Shown in pieces: positions 1 through 9,202 of a stretch of DNA of 64,000 nt. Made by a program: the position numbers and the translations under genes. Source of the DNA: an uncultured bacterium (GTDB taxonomy: Bacteria > Chloroflexota > UBA5177 > JANWHV01); NCBI GenBank assembly GCA_963827235.1, contig CAWHAE010000012.1:256001-320000 (forward strand). Reading direction: 5' to 3'. Position 1 is the stretch's first letter. Every line of letters starts with the position of its first letter. Below the pieces are notes generated by a model. The model was given only the letters and a program-made list of their open reading frames with translations, made no database searches and was not told the origin of the DNA.

Positions 1-258
1 GTCCGCCAGTGCCTCGATGACAAATGCGACGTCCTCGGTGAACGTTGCCAGCGAAAACTGCTCCGGCGCGCCCACATCCGATCGACCGTGGCCGCGGCAC
101 TCGAGCGTCAGACAGCGCCAGCCGCGGTCCGGCGGGAAGACATCCGCCGTCTGGCTCGCATCGCCGCACAACCCATGCTGAAAGACCATCGGTCGGCCAC
201 GCTCGATCTCCGACACGGCGAAGCGCAGGTCGCCATGCTGGTGCGCTGAGAATGTCAT
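1..258 (-). CDS. alpha/beta-fold hydrolase, 5' part (runs off window start)
   Basis: Manual translation from ATG at 258: MTFSAHQHGDLRFAVSEIERGRPMVFQHGLCGD...LTLECRGHGRSD, giving HG and D/ExRGHGxS-type motifs. ATGA overlap with the stop of the upstream gene. Not in the ORF track. Confidence 0.8.
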   Translation of the reverse strand, partial: MTFSAHQHGDLRFAVSEIERGRPMVFQHGLCGDASQTADVFPPDRGWRCLTLECRGHGRSDVGAPEQFSLATFTEDVAFVIEALAD

Positions 259-1095
259 GAGTCCCGGTCCGCGGCCGCCAGCGCCGCTCGCAGGTAGACG
301 GCAGTGCCGGCGGCCTCCTGCGCCGCCAGGCCGTGCGTGACCACGGTGCCGCGGAACCCCGACCGGCGCACGAGCGCCAGGACGTGGTAGAAATCGATCC
401 GGCCGGTGCCGGCCGCCACGACCCGGCCATCGTCAAGTCGATCCTTGGCATGGACGAGGGCGATACGATCCTGCAGCAGCTCGACGGCCTCCTCGATCAG
501 CCTCGGGCGCTGCTCCGGCGCCGCGCCTTCGGTCAGGTTCGCGGGATCGAGGACGATGCGGATCCGCTCGCTGCCCATGGCGTCGATCAGGTCGCGGGCG
601 CGACGGGCCGAGCTCACCACGTTGGCGGGCTCGGGCTCGACGCCGATCAGCACATCGTGTCGCTCGGCAATGGCCAGCACGCAGGCGATCTCCGCGCGGA
701 GGTCCTCCCAGGCGGCAGCGCCGGCGTTGTCCGGGTGCCGTCGCCATTGATCCTGGGGATCGCGGCTGCCGGTGCAGACCGTCAGCAGACGGGTACCCAT
801 CCGCTGCGCCGTGGCCGCGATGGCCTCAAAGCTCTGCCGGCCGCGCTCTCGCGCTCGCCGGGTCGGGATGGACCATGTTGTACGTCGCGGATACGGCCGC
901 GATTGCCACTCCCGTGGCCACCGAGGCCGCATGCACGGCGGTCGCAGCCTCCTCACTGATCGTGGTCGGTAGTGGGCCCAGGCCGGAGCATGCCATGTTG
1001 TATTGCACCGCGTCGTAGCCGGCGTCGCGAGCGGCCGTCAGAACCTCCAGCGGCGTCGCTCCCGCGAACGTTTTGGCGAAGATACCAAGCTGCAT
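255..1095 (-). pseudogene. sugar phosphate isomerase/epimerase (xylose-isomerase-like TIM barrel), frameshifted near 850-860
   Basis: N-terminus in ORF 826..1095 (MQLGIFAKTF...GYDAVQYN...YNMVHPDP); remainder in ORF 255..956 (VEPEPANVV, VLDPANL, VHAKD, AAGTG). A single indel joins them and may be a sequencing error. Confidence 0.8.
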
Positions 1096-2180
1096 CAGAT
1101 GTCCTCCTCAACCTCGGCGAGCCGAACCGGCTTTCCCGTCCTCGCCGACTGGGCGATCGCCGCCATGCCACGGACCGACGCCACCCCATCGTCGATATCG
1201 GCACCGGTCATTGGCGCCCCGTGCAGAATGGCGTCCGCGAACCCCTCCACCTGGCGCCGGTAGAAGTGGCCGTCCGCCCCGAGCACGCGCGTCGTCGTCT
1301 CCGTGGCCTCGTGAAACACCTCGACGTCGCTCGTCTTGAAGAGCCAGGGATTGAACATCGTGCCGAGGACGCTGCCGTGCTCGCCGTACACCTGGAAGCC
1401 TTCGTGCCAGTCCATGCGCACGGCGACCGTCAGGTCGAGCTGGCCCAGCGCGCCGCCGGCAAAGGCCGCCTCGACGAACCAGCAGTAGGCGCCAAAGCGT
1501 TCGCGCAGTCGCGCGTTCACCTCGAGGATCTCTCCGCCCAGATAGCGCGCGGTGTCGAGCAAATGACTCCCGTGCGCGTGCATGTAGTAGCGTTCACGAT
1601 CCGCTTTCGGATCGGTCGGGGGGCGCTTGGCCTCGGCGCTGGTGACCATCAGCGGCTGTGTCGCGTCGGTCACGGCGTAGCGGTGCGTGGAGTCGCAGTA
1701 CCACGCCTTCAGCGCCAGCATCTCGCCCATCTCCGTGGCGATGAAAGCCTTGGCGCTCTGCAATCCGGCGTCGAAGCGCTTCATATGGCCGACTTGCAGC
1801 ACCAGGCCCGATCGTCGCACCGCATGCCTGAGAGCCTCGACCTCTCCGACCGAGACACCGAGCGGTTTTTCGCACAGTACGTGCTTTCCGGCTTCCAATG
1901 CCGCCAGGGCCGCCGGGACATGGAACGCGTCGGCGGTGGCGACGATCACCGCTTCCAGCACGGGATCGGCCAGCATCTCGTTGTAGTCGCGGAACGTCCT
2001 CTCCGGTTTGTGCGTCCAGGCCATGCGTTCGACCAGATCTCCTGCCACGTCGCAGATGGCATAGAGATCAGCGTTGCGGGCCTTGGTCACGCTCTCGAAA
2101 TGTGCCGCCTGGGCGATTGGACCGCAGCCCAGGATTCCCATCTTGAGGCGATGCTCGTCCTTGGATAGCACCTGTTCCAT
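1095..2180 (-). CDS. Gfo/Idh/MocA family oxidoreductase
   Basis: Rossmann GILGCGPIA, HVLCEKP and GSHLLD motifs; GGGGAGG-type RBS. Confidence 0.93.
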   Translation of the reverse strand: MEQVLSKDEHRLKMGILGCGPIAQAAHFESVTKARNADLYAICDVAGDLVERMAWTHKPERTFRDYNEMLADPVLEAVIVATADAFHVPAALAALEAGKHVLCEKPLGVSVGEVEALRHAVRRSGLVLQVGHMKRFDAGLQSAKAFIATEMGEMLALKAWYCDSTHRYAVTDATQPLMVTSAEAKRPPTDPKADRERYYMHAHGSHLLDTARYLGGEILEVNARLRERFGAYCWFVEAAFAGGALGQLDLTVAVRMDWHEGFQVYGEHGSVLGTMFNPWLFKTSDVEVFHEATETTTRVLGADGHFYRRQVEGFADAILHGAPMTGADIDDGVASVRGMAAIAQSARTGKPVRLAEVEEDI

Positions 2181-2799
2181 CTCCTCCCCGTCGGGTGCGG
2201 CGCGCTGCGTCCGCGCGCTTGCTGCCTGCCTGGCTCAGGACGTGGCCGCCGTCGACGATCGGGGCCCGGCCGACAACATACTCGGCCGCCCAGGCCTGAG
2301 CATAGGTCGCACCGCGCTTGGCGAGAGTACCGCCGCCGATTAGTGGGGTCGCCGCCCCCACGCGCGGTGCAGGGCCGTGCTGCTCTTGAGTATAGGACCT
2401 TGGTCCACCGGCGGCGCCTGGTCCATGCAGTGCTCGGTCGCCACGGCACCCGTCTGGTTTGTGCCCATCATGGGGATCTGCCTGCCGAGTGCCCCGCGCC
2501 TCTACAGGCGTCGTACCCCCAACATGGGGTCAGCCCACCGGCGACCGCGCGGCGGCTATCCCCGGGGTACGCCTCCCTGCAGCGTGGCAACGGCGTTCAA
2601 CCGCGGCGTGCGCCGAGCCCGCTACCTCTGTCGCGGCCGGGATGGCGATTCCTCTCCGAGTAAGGGGCAGCGTAGTTTTCGTGGCTATGTCCGTTGCCGG
2701 GATGGACTGCCGTTCGCTACGCTTGCGATCGCCGGTCCGGCGGACAAGCCGCCGGTCACGATCGGCGCGGACGCGATCAGCACGGGAGACGCAGCAGCA

Positions 2800-3258
2800 A
2801 TGGACGATGCCGAGAGGACGTGGCACGCCACGTTTGCCAAGCAGCTTTTCAACCACTCATGGGATTTGCTCGAGCGGCCGGATCGCACGGACCGGCAGGA
2901 CCACGAGATGCTTCACGCGGCGTTTGCCTCACGCTACCACTGGGGAGTCGTCGGCACCGAAGCGAACTGGGTCGTCGGCGACGGGCAGATCGCGCGCATC
3001 GCGTCCGCATTGGGTCACCAGGCACTGGCGTTGCACTACGCGACGCGGGCACTCGACACCGCGTGCGCGCAGGGTTGGCGCGACTTCCGTCTCGCCTCGT
3101 CCTACGAGACGATGGCGCGGGCGCACAGCGCCGCGGGGAACGCGGCCGAGCGCGATCGGTATCTCGCGCTGGCTCGCGATGCGCTCGATCTCATCGACGA
3201 TCCCGAGGACCGCAGAATCATCGAGGAGCAGATCGACACCGTCCCCTTGGGCGCCTGA
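2800..3258 (+). CDS. conserved helical (TPR-like) hypothetical protein, 152 aa
   Basis: FNHSWDLLE..R...DHEMLHAAFASRYHW...YETMARAH pattern with good GC codon bias. GGGAG upstream of ATG 2800; the ORF-track start at 2377 is probably too long. Confidence 0.75.
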   Translation: MDDAERTWHATFAKQLFNHSWDLLERPDRTDRQDHEMLHAAFASRYHWGVVGTEANWVVGDGQIARIASALGHQALALHYATRALDTACAQGWRDFRLASSYETMARAHSAAGNAAERDRYLALARDALDLIDDPEDRRIIEEQIDTVPLGA

Positions 3259-3349
3259 CTCGCGGGTCCGACCTGGTTGCTCCGCTGCGCCCGGGCAATG
3301 GCCGGCCCGGCCGGGGCTGCACGACTGCCCGGCCGGCGGCTCGCTGCTG

Positions 3350-3460
3350 GTGGTGGCGACGCTGCGCGCCGAGTTCTACTGTTCTCGTTGCGCTTCCGGT
3401 GGTGAGGGTCACGGACCGTACCGGTATGCCTGGTGGTGGCGGGGCGATGGAGAGCCATCT
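3350..3460 (+). pseudogene. DUF6788-like (CxxC...HGPYxYxWW) zinc-ribbon remnant
   Basis: Frame of ORF 2459..3562 reads LRAEFYCSRCASGGEGHGPYRYAWWWRG, similar to the N-terminus of 48251..51700. Confidence 0.45.
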
Positions 3461-3755
3461 GCGCACGGAGGGCGGCGTGTTGGCACTTGCCCCTATCGCC
3501 CGATCTTTCCTCCACGCACTCTTGGCTCACCTTCGACAAGAAGTCCGACCCAAGCCATCTAGCGGATTGCCGTCCTCCGTATCGGCGGACTGTCCCGGCT
3601 CAGCGGCACGCGGGGTATTGTGGGCCCTCAGAGTCTGCTGTATGATCGCGGCACACTTAGGACCCAGTAAGCGCGGTGTTGCGAGATAGCGCACGTTCAG
3701 CACGCAGGATGACGGCCGCGCCGGTCCAGCGGGCAGCCGGAATGGCAGGTGCGGC

Positions 3756-6482
3756 ATGGCAGGGAAGTATCTCACGACCGGGCAGGCAGCTCGTCTCCTC
3801 GGTGTGTCCAACGACACGATACTCAGCGCCGTACGTGCCGGCAAACTACAAGCGTCGCATCGCACTCCGGGAGGCGCCTACCGCTTCGAGGTCGTCGACC
3901 TGGAGCACTACGTGCTGCGGCGGATCTCCGGAGACCATGTTGGACAACACGCGCGCGCGGTAGTCAGCACACAGACACAACCTTCCGTGTTCCCGTCGCC
4001 CGCCCGCAAGGACCCCGGCGCCCTGACGCACGTCGTGCCGTTGGCGGAGGACGTGACGGATCGCCGGCGCGCCGAAGCGGCACTGCAGCAAAGCGGGGCC
4101 CTGCTCAGAAGCCTGTACGAACACGCGCCCATAGGCGTGGTGCTGGTCAGCCTGGAGGGCCGCTGCCTGATGGCCAACCCGAGCTTGCAGCGCCTTCTGG
4201 GCTACGACGAAGAAGAACTGCGCGGCATGCACTTTACGGAGTACGCGCACGCGGAGGACTCCGCGGACGATCTGCAGCTGTTTGGGCAGGTCGTGGCCGG
4301 CACGCGGGACTCGTACAGCCTGGAGAAGCGCTACATCCGCAAGGATGGGCGGACGGTGTGGGGCCAGCTTGGGGTCTCCGTCGTACGGGACCAGCATGGC
4401 CTACCGCAGTTGGTCGTCCGGACGCTGCTAGACCTGAGTGAGCGGCATGCTGCAGAGGAGCGGCTACGGGGGAGCGAGGAACACTACCGCCGAATCGTGG
4501 AGACCTCGCTTGACGGCATGTTTGAGGTTGACGCCGATGACCGGTTTGTGTTCGTCAACCGGCGGTTAGCCGACATCACCGGGTACGCACCCAACGAGAT
4601 GCTCGGGATGCCAAGCGCGCTCCTGCGCGAAGAGAAGGAGCAGACCGGTTTCGAGGCACGGGCAGCAGCCCGCAGAGCTGGCGACGTGAGCAGAATGCAG
4701 TATGAGCGCACGGTCCGCCGAAAGGATGGCACGTTGCGCTGGGTGCAGATGTCAATGCTGCCGATACTCGGCGAGCGGGGTGAGTACGCAGGCGAGTTTG
4801 GCATGGTCGCCGATATCCACCAACGCAAGCAGGCCGAGCAGGCACTGCGGCAGAGTGAGCAGGAATTCCGCTTGCTGGCGGAGAACTCCAGCGACATGAT
4901 TGTCCGGCTCACGATGGATCTGGTCGTGCTGTACGCCTCGCCTGCCGCGCGCCAGTTGACCGGTTTCGAGCCGGGCGGGCTGGTTGGACGGCAGGGCCTC
5001 GAGTTCGTCCATCCCGATGATGTGGACCGCGTCAAGCACGCACTCGTCGATGTCCGCCGCGAGCCGGATGCAGACGCCATCACCTATCGCCATCTGCGCG
5101 CTGACGGGAGCTACGTCTGGGTGGAATCGACCGGTCGCGGCATTCGCGACGCATCTACGGGTGAGGTGTTGGAGATTCAGGTGACGACGCGCGACGTCTC
5201 GGAGCGCAGGCGGACGGAGGATGCGCTGCGTGAAGTGGCGCGCGAGCGCTCCGAGGAGGCGGCGATCGCGGAAGCCCTCTCTGAAGCCAGTGCCGCGTTA
5301 GGCAGCGCCCTGGAGCCGGAGCCCTTATACGCGCGCATCCTGGAGCAGATGGCGCGGGTGGTGCCCTGCACGGGTGCGTACATCTTCGGCTACCGAGGTA
5401 GCTGGGCGGTAGTTGCCGGGGCGTACGGAGAGCCGCGGCCGCCCATGGGCCTGCAGATTCCCGGGTTCGTAGGGCCCGGCGGATTGTTGGGACTCGGGGA
5501 TCAGCCCCGGCTACTGAGCGAGACGCGAGACACACCCGGCTGGCAGGTGCTCGCACCCTGGGAGGGCGAGTACGAGGTGCGCAGCACGATGATTCTCCCG
5601 CTGGTGGTCCACGGCGAGACTTACGGATGTCTGGCGGTAGGGAGCTCGGTTCCACACACGTATACCGCACAACACCTGCGGGTGGTCCGCGCCTTCAGCG
5701 AGCGTATCGAGCAGGCACTCTGGAACTCGCGCTTGTACCAGCTGGAGCAGGAGCGGGCGCGGGCGGCGGAGCACCTGGCGTCGCTGCGGAACGAGTTTGT
5801 GGCCACGGTAAGTCACGAGCTGCGCACGCCGTTGACGGCCGTGCTGGGGTATGCCGAGGTATTGTCAGGGCACTGGGATCGGATGAGCGAGGCACAGCGG
5901 AAGGCGAACGTGCAGCGTATCGTGACGGCGGCGAACCGGCAGAAGCGGCTGGTCGACGACCTGCTGCGGGTGAGCACGCTGGATGGAGACGAGACGCCGG
6001 TGCAGCGTGCTGAGGTGTCCGTGCTCGAGATCGTGTCCTGGGCGATGGACGAGGTGAAAGGGAGCTACCCGAGCCAGGCGGTCGAGGTCGCTGGGCCGCC
6101 GGATCTCGTGGTGGTGGCCGACCCGCTACGGATGGAGCAGGTGCTGGTGAACCTGCTGGATAACGCGGCGAAGTACTCGCCGGAAGGGAGCAGCATCGAG
6201 CTGGAGTGGACGCAGGAAGACGGCATGGCAGTGGTGCGGGTGCGGGACCACGGGCCGGGCATCCCGCCGGAGGGACGGGAGGTCCTCTTCTCACGCTTTG
6301 GGCGGGTACCGGGCAGCAAGATGCGGGCCGGGCACGTGGGCACGGGGCTCGGGCTCTTTCTGGGCCGGGCATATGCGCGCGCCATGGGCGGCTCGCTGGA
6401 GCTGGAGAGGACTGGGCCAGACGGCAGTGTCTTCAGTCTGCGCTTGCCCCTGTGCACTGTGCGAGTCCAACGCAGCACATAG
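3756..6482 (+). CDS. cytoplasmic histidine kinase: excisionase/MerR-like HTH + 3 PAS/PAC + GAF + HisKA + HATPase
   Basis: YLTTGQAARLLGVS...RTPGGAYRF (HTH_17-like), three PAS-PAC units, SHELRTPL, NLLDNAAKYS, DHGPGI, GTGLGL. Confidence 0.93.
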   Translation: MAGKYLTTGQAARLLGVSNDTILSAVRAGKLQASHRTPGGAYRFEVVDLEHYVLRRISGDHVGQHARAVVSTQTQPSVFPSPARKDPGALTHVVPLAEDVTDRRRAEAALQQSGALLRSLYEHAPIGVVLVSLEGRCLMANPSLQRLLGYDEEELRGMHFTEYAHAEDSADDLQLFGQVVAGTRDSYSLEKRYIRKDGRTVWGQLGVSVVRDQHGLPQLVVRTLLDLSERHAAEERLRGSEEHYRRIVETSLDGMFEVDADDRFVFVNRRLADITGYAPNEMLGMPSALLREEKEQTGFEARAAARRAGDVSRMQYERTVRRKDGTLRWVQMSMLPILGERGEYAGEFGMVADIHQRKQAEQALRQSEQEFRLLAENSSDMIVRLTMDLVVLYASPAARQLTGFEPGGLVGRQGLEFVHPDDVDRVKHALVDVRREPDADAITYRHLRADGSYVWVESTGRGIRDASTGEVLEIQVTTRDVSERRRTEDALREVARERSEEAAIAEALSEASAALGSALEPEPLYARILEQMARVVPCTGAYIFGYRGSWAVVAGAYGEPRPPMGLQIPGFVGPGGLLGLGDQPRLLSETRDTPGWQVLAPWEGEYEVRSTMILPLVVHGETYGCLAVGSSVPHTYTAQHLRVVRAFSERIEQALWNSRLYQLEQERARAAEHLASLRNEFVATVSHELRTPLTAVLGYAEVLSGHWDRMSEAQRKANVQRIVTAANRQKRLVDDLLRVSTLDGDETPVQRAEVSVLEIVSWAMDEVKGSYPSQAVEVAGPPDLVVVADPLRMEQVLVNLLDNAAKYSPEGSSIELEWTQEDGMAVVRVRDHGPGIPPEGREVLFSRFGRVPGSKMRAGHVGTGLGLFLGRAYARAMGGSLELERTGPDGSVFSLRLPLCTVRVQRST

Positions 6483-6664
6483 ATGACAGTGGCACACGCC
6501 CGGTGCGATGCCGGGCTGTCCGCCCCGAGCCGTGAACAGACATGTCGGCTCGGGGCGCGTCGCGTTTCTGGAGCCGGTCTCTGCGATGCAGCCGCCCTGC
6601 AGGTGCGGCAAAAGAGATGGCTACGCAGGGAGTCGCGTGCTCCGGCGCCGGGTCTTGGCCGCTG

Positions 6665-7417
6665 CTATGACGTAGTGCTGGAGAGGTCGCGGGATTCCTG
6701 GTCCTGGTAGGGTGGCTCACGCGTGTTCTGGCCGGCCGGCGTGCAACTCGCGATGAGCTGGGCTTCCAGGCCATGGAGGATGGCTTGGAGGCCGAACTCG
6801 AAGGTGTTCTCGGGTGCCGCGCCGTAGTCGGCGGCGGCTGTCTCGAGGCGGGCACGCAATCGTGGGAACTGCGCCCCAATCTCGCGGGCTTTCGCCATGG
6901 TGTCGCGCATCAGCCCTTCGGCGTCACCGCCGTCGCGACTGAGTTTCCTGGTGAGCGAGAGCGTCGCGGCCCGGCCGAGGGCGTTGCCAAGCACGAAGGT
7001 GAAGACGGCGGTCGCTGCCTGGTCGATCTGTGCGCCGGTGAATCCGGCTGCCTCATACACGGCGAGGCTGTGCTCATTGAAGTGGGACCTGCTGGGCCCG
7101 AACACCGGGAAGGTGCCGAAGGCCTGCACCAGCCAGGGGTGGCGAGTGAGCAGCGTGTGCAGGTCGGTGGCTAGCTGCCGGGCAGCCGTCCGCCAGTCGG
7201 TCGCAGGCAGGTCGGGCAGCGCGATCTCACCCCACAATTGGTCGCCGGCGAGGGCGATGAGATTGGCCTTGCTGCCCACGTGCCAGTAGACCGCGGTAGC
7301 CGCAGAGTCCAGCCGCTGGCCCAGCGAACGCATGCTCAGCCCTTCCAGGCCTTCGCTGTCAAGCAGGTCGATGGCGGCATCGACGATCTGTTGTCGGGTC
7401 AGCGTGTCGCGCGGCAT
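6665..7417 (-). CDS. TetR/AcrR family regulator (TetR_C type)
   Basis: LTRQQIVDAAIDLLDSEGLEGLSMRSLGQRL..AVYWHVGSK; C-terminal FEFGLQAILHGL. Confidence 0.92.
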   Translation of the reverse strand: MPRDTLTRQQIVDAAIDLLDSEGLEGLSMRSLGQRLDSAATAVYWHVGSKANLIALAGDQLWGEIALPDLPATDWRTAARQLATDLHTLLTRHPWLVQAFGTFPVFGPSRSHFNEHSLAVYEAAGFTGAQIDQAATAVFTFVLGNALGRAATLSLTRKLSRDGGDAEGLMRDTMAKAREIGAQFPRLRARLETAAADYGAAPENTFEFGLQAILHGLEAQLIASCTPAGQNTREPPYQDQESRDLSSTTS

Positions 7418-7429
7418 ATGCCCAGTATA
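7415..7429 (-). promoter_or_regulatory. probable leaderless promoter of tetR
   Basis: Minus strand reads TATACT-gggcat-ATG, a -10 box 6 nt before the start codon, with no SD sequence. Confidence 0.6.
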
Positions 7430-7446
7430 GCGCACCGGACGTCCGT

Positions 7447-7521
7447 TTGCACGCTGTTCAAGAAGGTACTTGCACAGTGTTCACGTCATGTGCTACGCTC
7501 CGATGTGAACACTGTGCAAGT
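7447..7521. promoter_or_regulatory. three TetR-type operator boxes (TTGCAC-N3-GTTCAM)
   Basis: ttgcacgctgttcaa 7447-7461, ttgcacagtgttcac 7470-7484, gtgaacactgtgcaa 7505-7519. Positions 7468-7484 and 7505-7521 form a perfect 17-bp inverted repeat between the divergent genes. Confidence 0.75.
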
Positions 7522-7585
7522 CGCCGAGGAGGCCAGCGCCGTCAACTCGGCGTCGTGCGCAATGCGAAGCAGAATGGGATATGAC

Positions 7586-8971
7586 ATGGCACATGACACG
7601 CTGTCCGATTTCGTCGAGGCGACGGCCACAAGGTTCGGCATTCCTGGCGTTGCTGCCGGGGTGTGGGCGGATGGTCGGGAGATCTATGCCTGCCACGGTG
7701 TAACCAGCGTAGAGAACCCGCTTCCCATCGACCAGGACACGCTGTACCTGCTTGGCTCGATCACAAAGACCTACACGGCGACCGCGCTGATGTGCCTCGT
7801 CGCCAGCGGCAAGGTCGAGCTGGAGGCGCCGGTGCGCCGGTACGTTCCCGAATTCAAGCTCGCGGACGAACGAGTCGCGGCGGCGGTCACCGTGTTGCAG
7901 CTACTCAACCACACCGCCGGGCTGGACTGGGCCATCATCGCTGACACCGGCGAGGGAGACGATGCACTGGTTGCGTTTGTGGCCAAGATGGCCGAGTTGA
8001 AACTGATCGCGCCACCCGGTCGGCGGGCCTCGTATAGCCAGGCAGGGTATAACCTGGTCGGGCGGATCGTGGAGAAGGTCACAGGCCTGACCTACGAGCG
8101 GGCCGTCGCGTCGCTCTTGCTCGATCCCCTGGGGCTGTCGCACAGCTTCTTCGCGCGCGACGATGTCATGACCAGGCGCTTCGCCGTCGGGCACAACCGC
8201 GGCGAGGATGGAACGCTGTCCATCGCGCGACTGTGGCGGCGTTCGCGCGGCGACAACCCCGGCGGGGGCATCGTGTCCTCGGTGGCGGACCAGCTTCGGT
8301 GGGCTCGATTCCACCTGGGTGACGGCAGCGCACCGAGCGGAGTGCGTATCCTGCCTGCCGAGGTCCTGCAGCGGATGCAGGAGCCCACGGTGGCGTTGCG
8401 GGGCAGCAGCTTGGGCGACGCCATCGGGATCTGCTGGTTCCTGCGGGACGTGGACGGCGTGCGCACCGTCGGGCACGGCGGGTCGGCGAACGGCCAGTTC
8501 GCCGAGCTGCTTACCGTACCGGAACGGGGCTTCGCCGTCGTCTCCCTCTCCAACGCCGGCCCGGATGGCATCCCCTGCAATCAGGCGGTCGTCCGTTGGG
8601 CGCTCCAGACCTATCTGGGTGTGGCCGATCGGGACCCGGAGCCGCTCCCCTATGACGAGGCGCGGGCTCGGGAGGTGGTCGGGCGCTACGAGAACGACGT
8701 CATGACGCTCACCGTCAGCACGGTTGGAGCCGGGCTGAGGCTCGAGGTTCTGATGAGGCCGGAGATCCGGGCCGCGGCGGACAAGGAACCACCCCCTGAC
8801 CACGCGCCGTTCGAGTTCGGCCTGCTGCCGGGCGACACGGGCGACTACGTCATCACCAGCGGCGCATTCAAAGGGCAGCGCGGCTTCTTCACCCGCGACG
8901 AGAGCGGCGCGGTGGCAGGTGCCGACCTCGCCGGCCGGTTGTTCACGCGGGTTCAGACAGTCTCCGGGTGA
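7586..8971 (+). CDS. serine hydrolase, beta-lactamase class C/AmpC-like family
   Basis: GSITK (SxxK), LLNHTAG, YSQAGY and GHGG motifs; no signal peptide. Confidence 0.9.
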   Translation: MAHDTLSDFVEATATRFGIPGVAAGVWADGREIYACHGVTSVENPLPIDQDTLYLLGSITKTYTATALMCLVASGKVELEAPVRRYVPEFKLADERVAAAVTVLQLLNHTAGLDWAIIADTGEGDDALVAFVAKMAELKLIAPPGRRASYSQAGYNLVGRIVEKVTGLTYERAVASLLLDPLGLSHSFFARDDVMTRRFAVGHNRGEDGTLSIARLWRRSRGDNPGGGIVSSVADQLRWARFHLGDGSAPSGVRILPAEVLQRMQEPTVALRGSSLGDAIGICWFLRDVDGVRTVGHGGSANGQFAELLTVPERGFAVVSLSNAGPDGIPCNQAVVRWALQTYLGVADRDPEPLPYDEARAREVVGRYENDVMTLTVSTVGAGLRLEVLMRPEIRAAADKEPPPDHAPFEFGLLPGDTGDYVITSGAFKGQRGFFTRDESGAVAGADLAGRLFTRVQTVSG

Positions 8972-9202
8972 GTTCCGGCATCCGGCCTTGCACGAGTCGG
9001 GACCTCATGCAAATCCTTCATCCAGCCGCGCCCCGCGCACGCCATGATACCCCGTGCTCGCCAGGGTCGGCGCGCGCAGGGCGCAGGCCGGGCCTGGGAC
9101 GGGCGACCCAAGCTGAGCCGCCCACCCACTGGCTGGCGCTCCCACGTACTCGATACCAGCCATGCAATCCGATGAGCCTGCCACCACTGGGCGATCTCCG
9201 GG

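Noticed and set aside
2230-2620. Possible SDR remnant on the minus strand (EYVVGRAPIVDGG; RLNAVA)
   Set aside because: Only two short motif-like matches, separated by non-matching sequence and stops; too weak to call.
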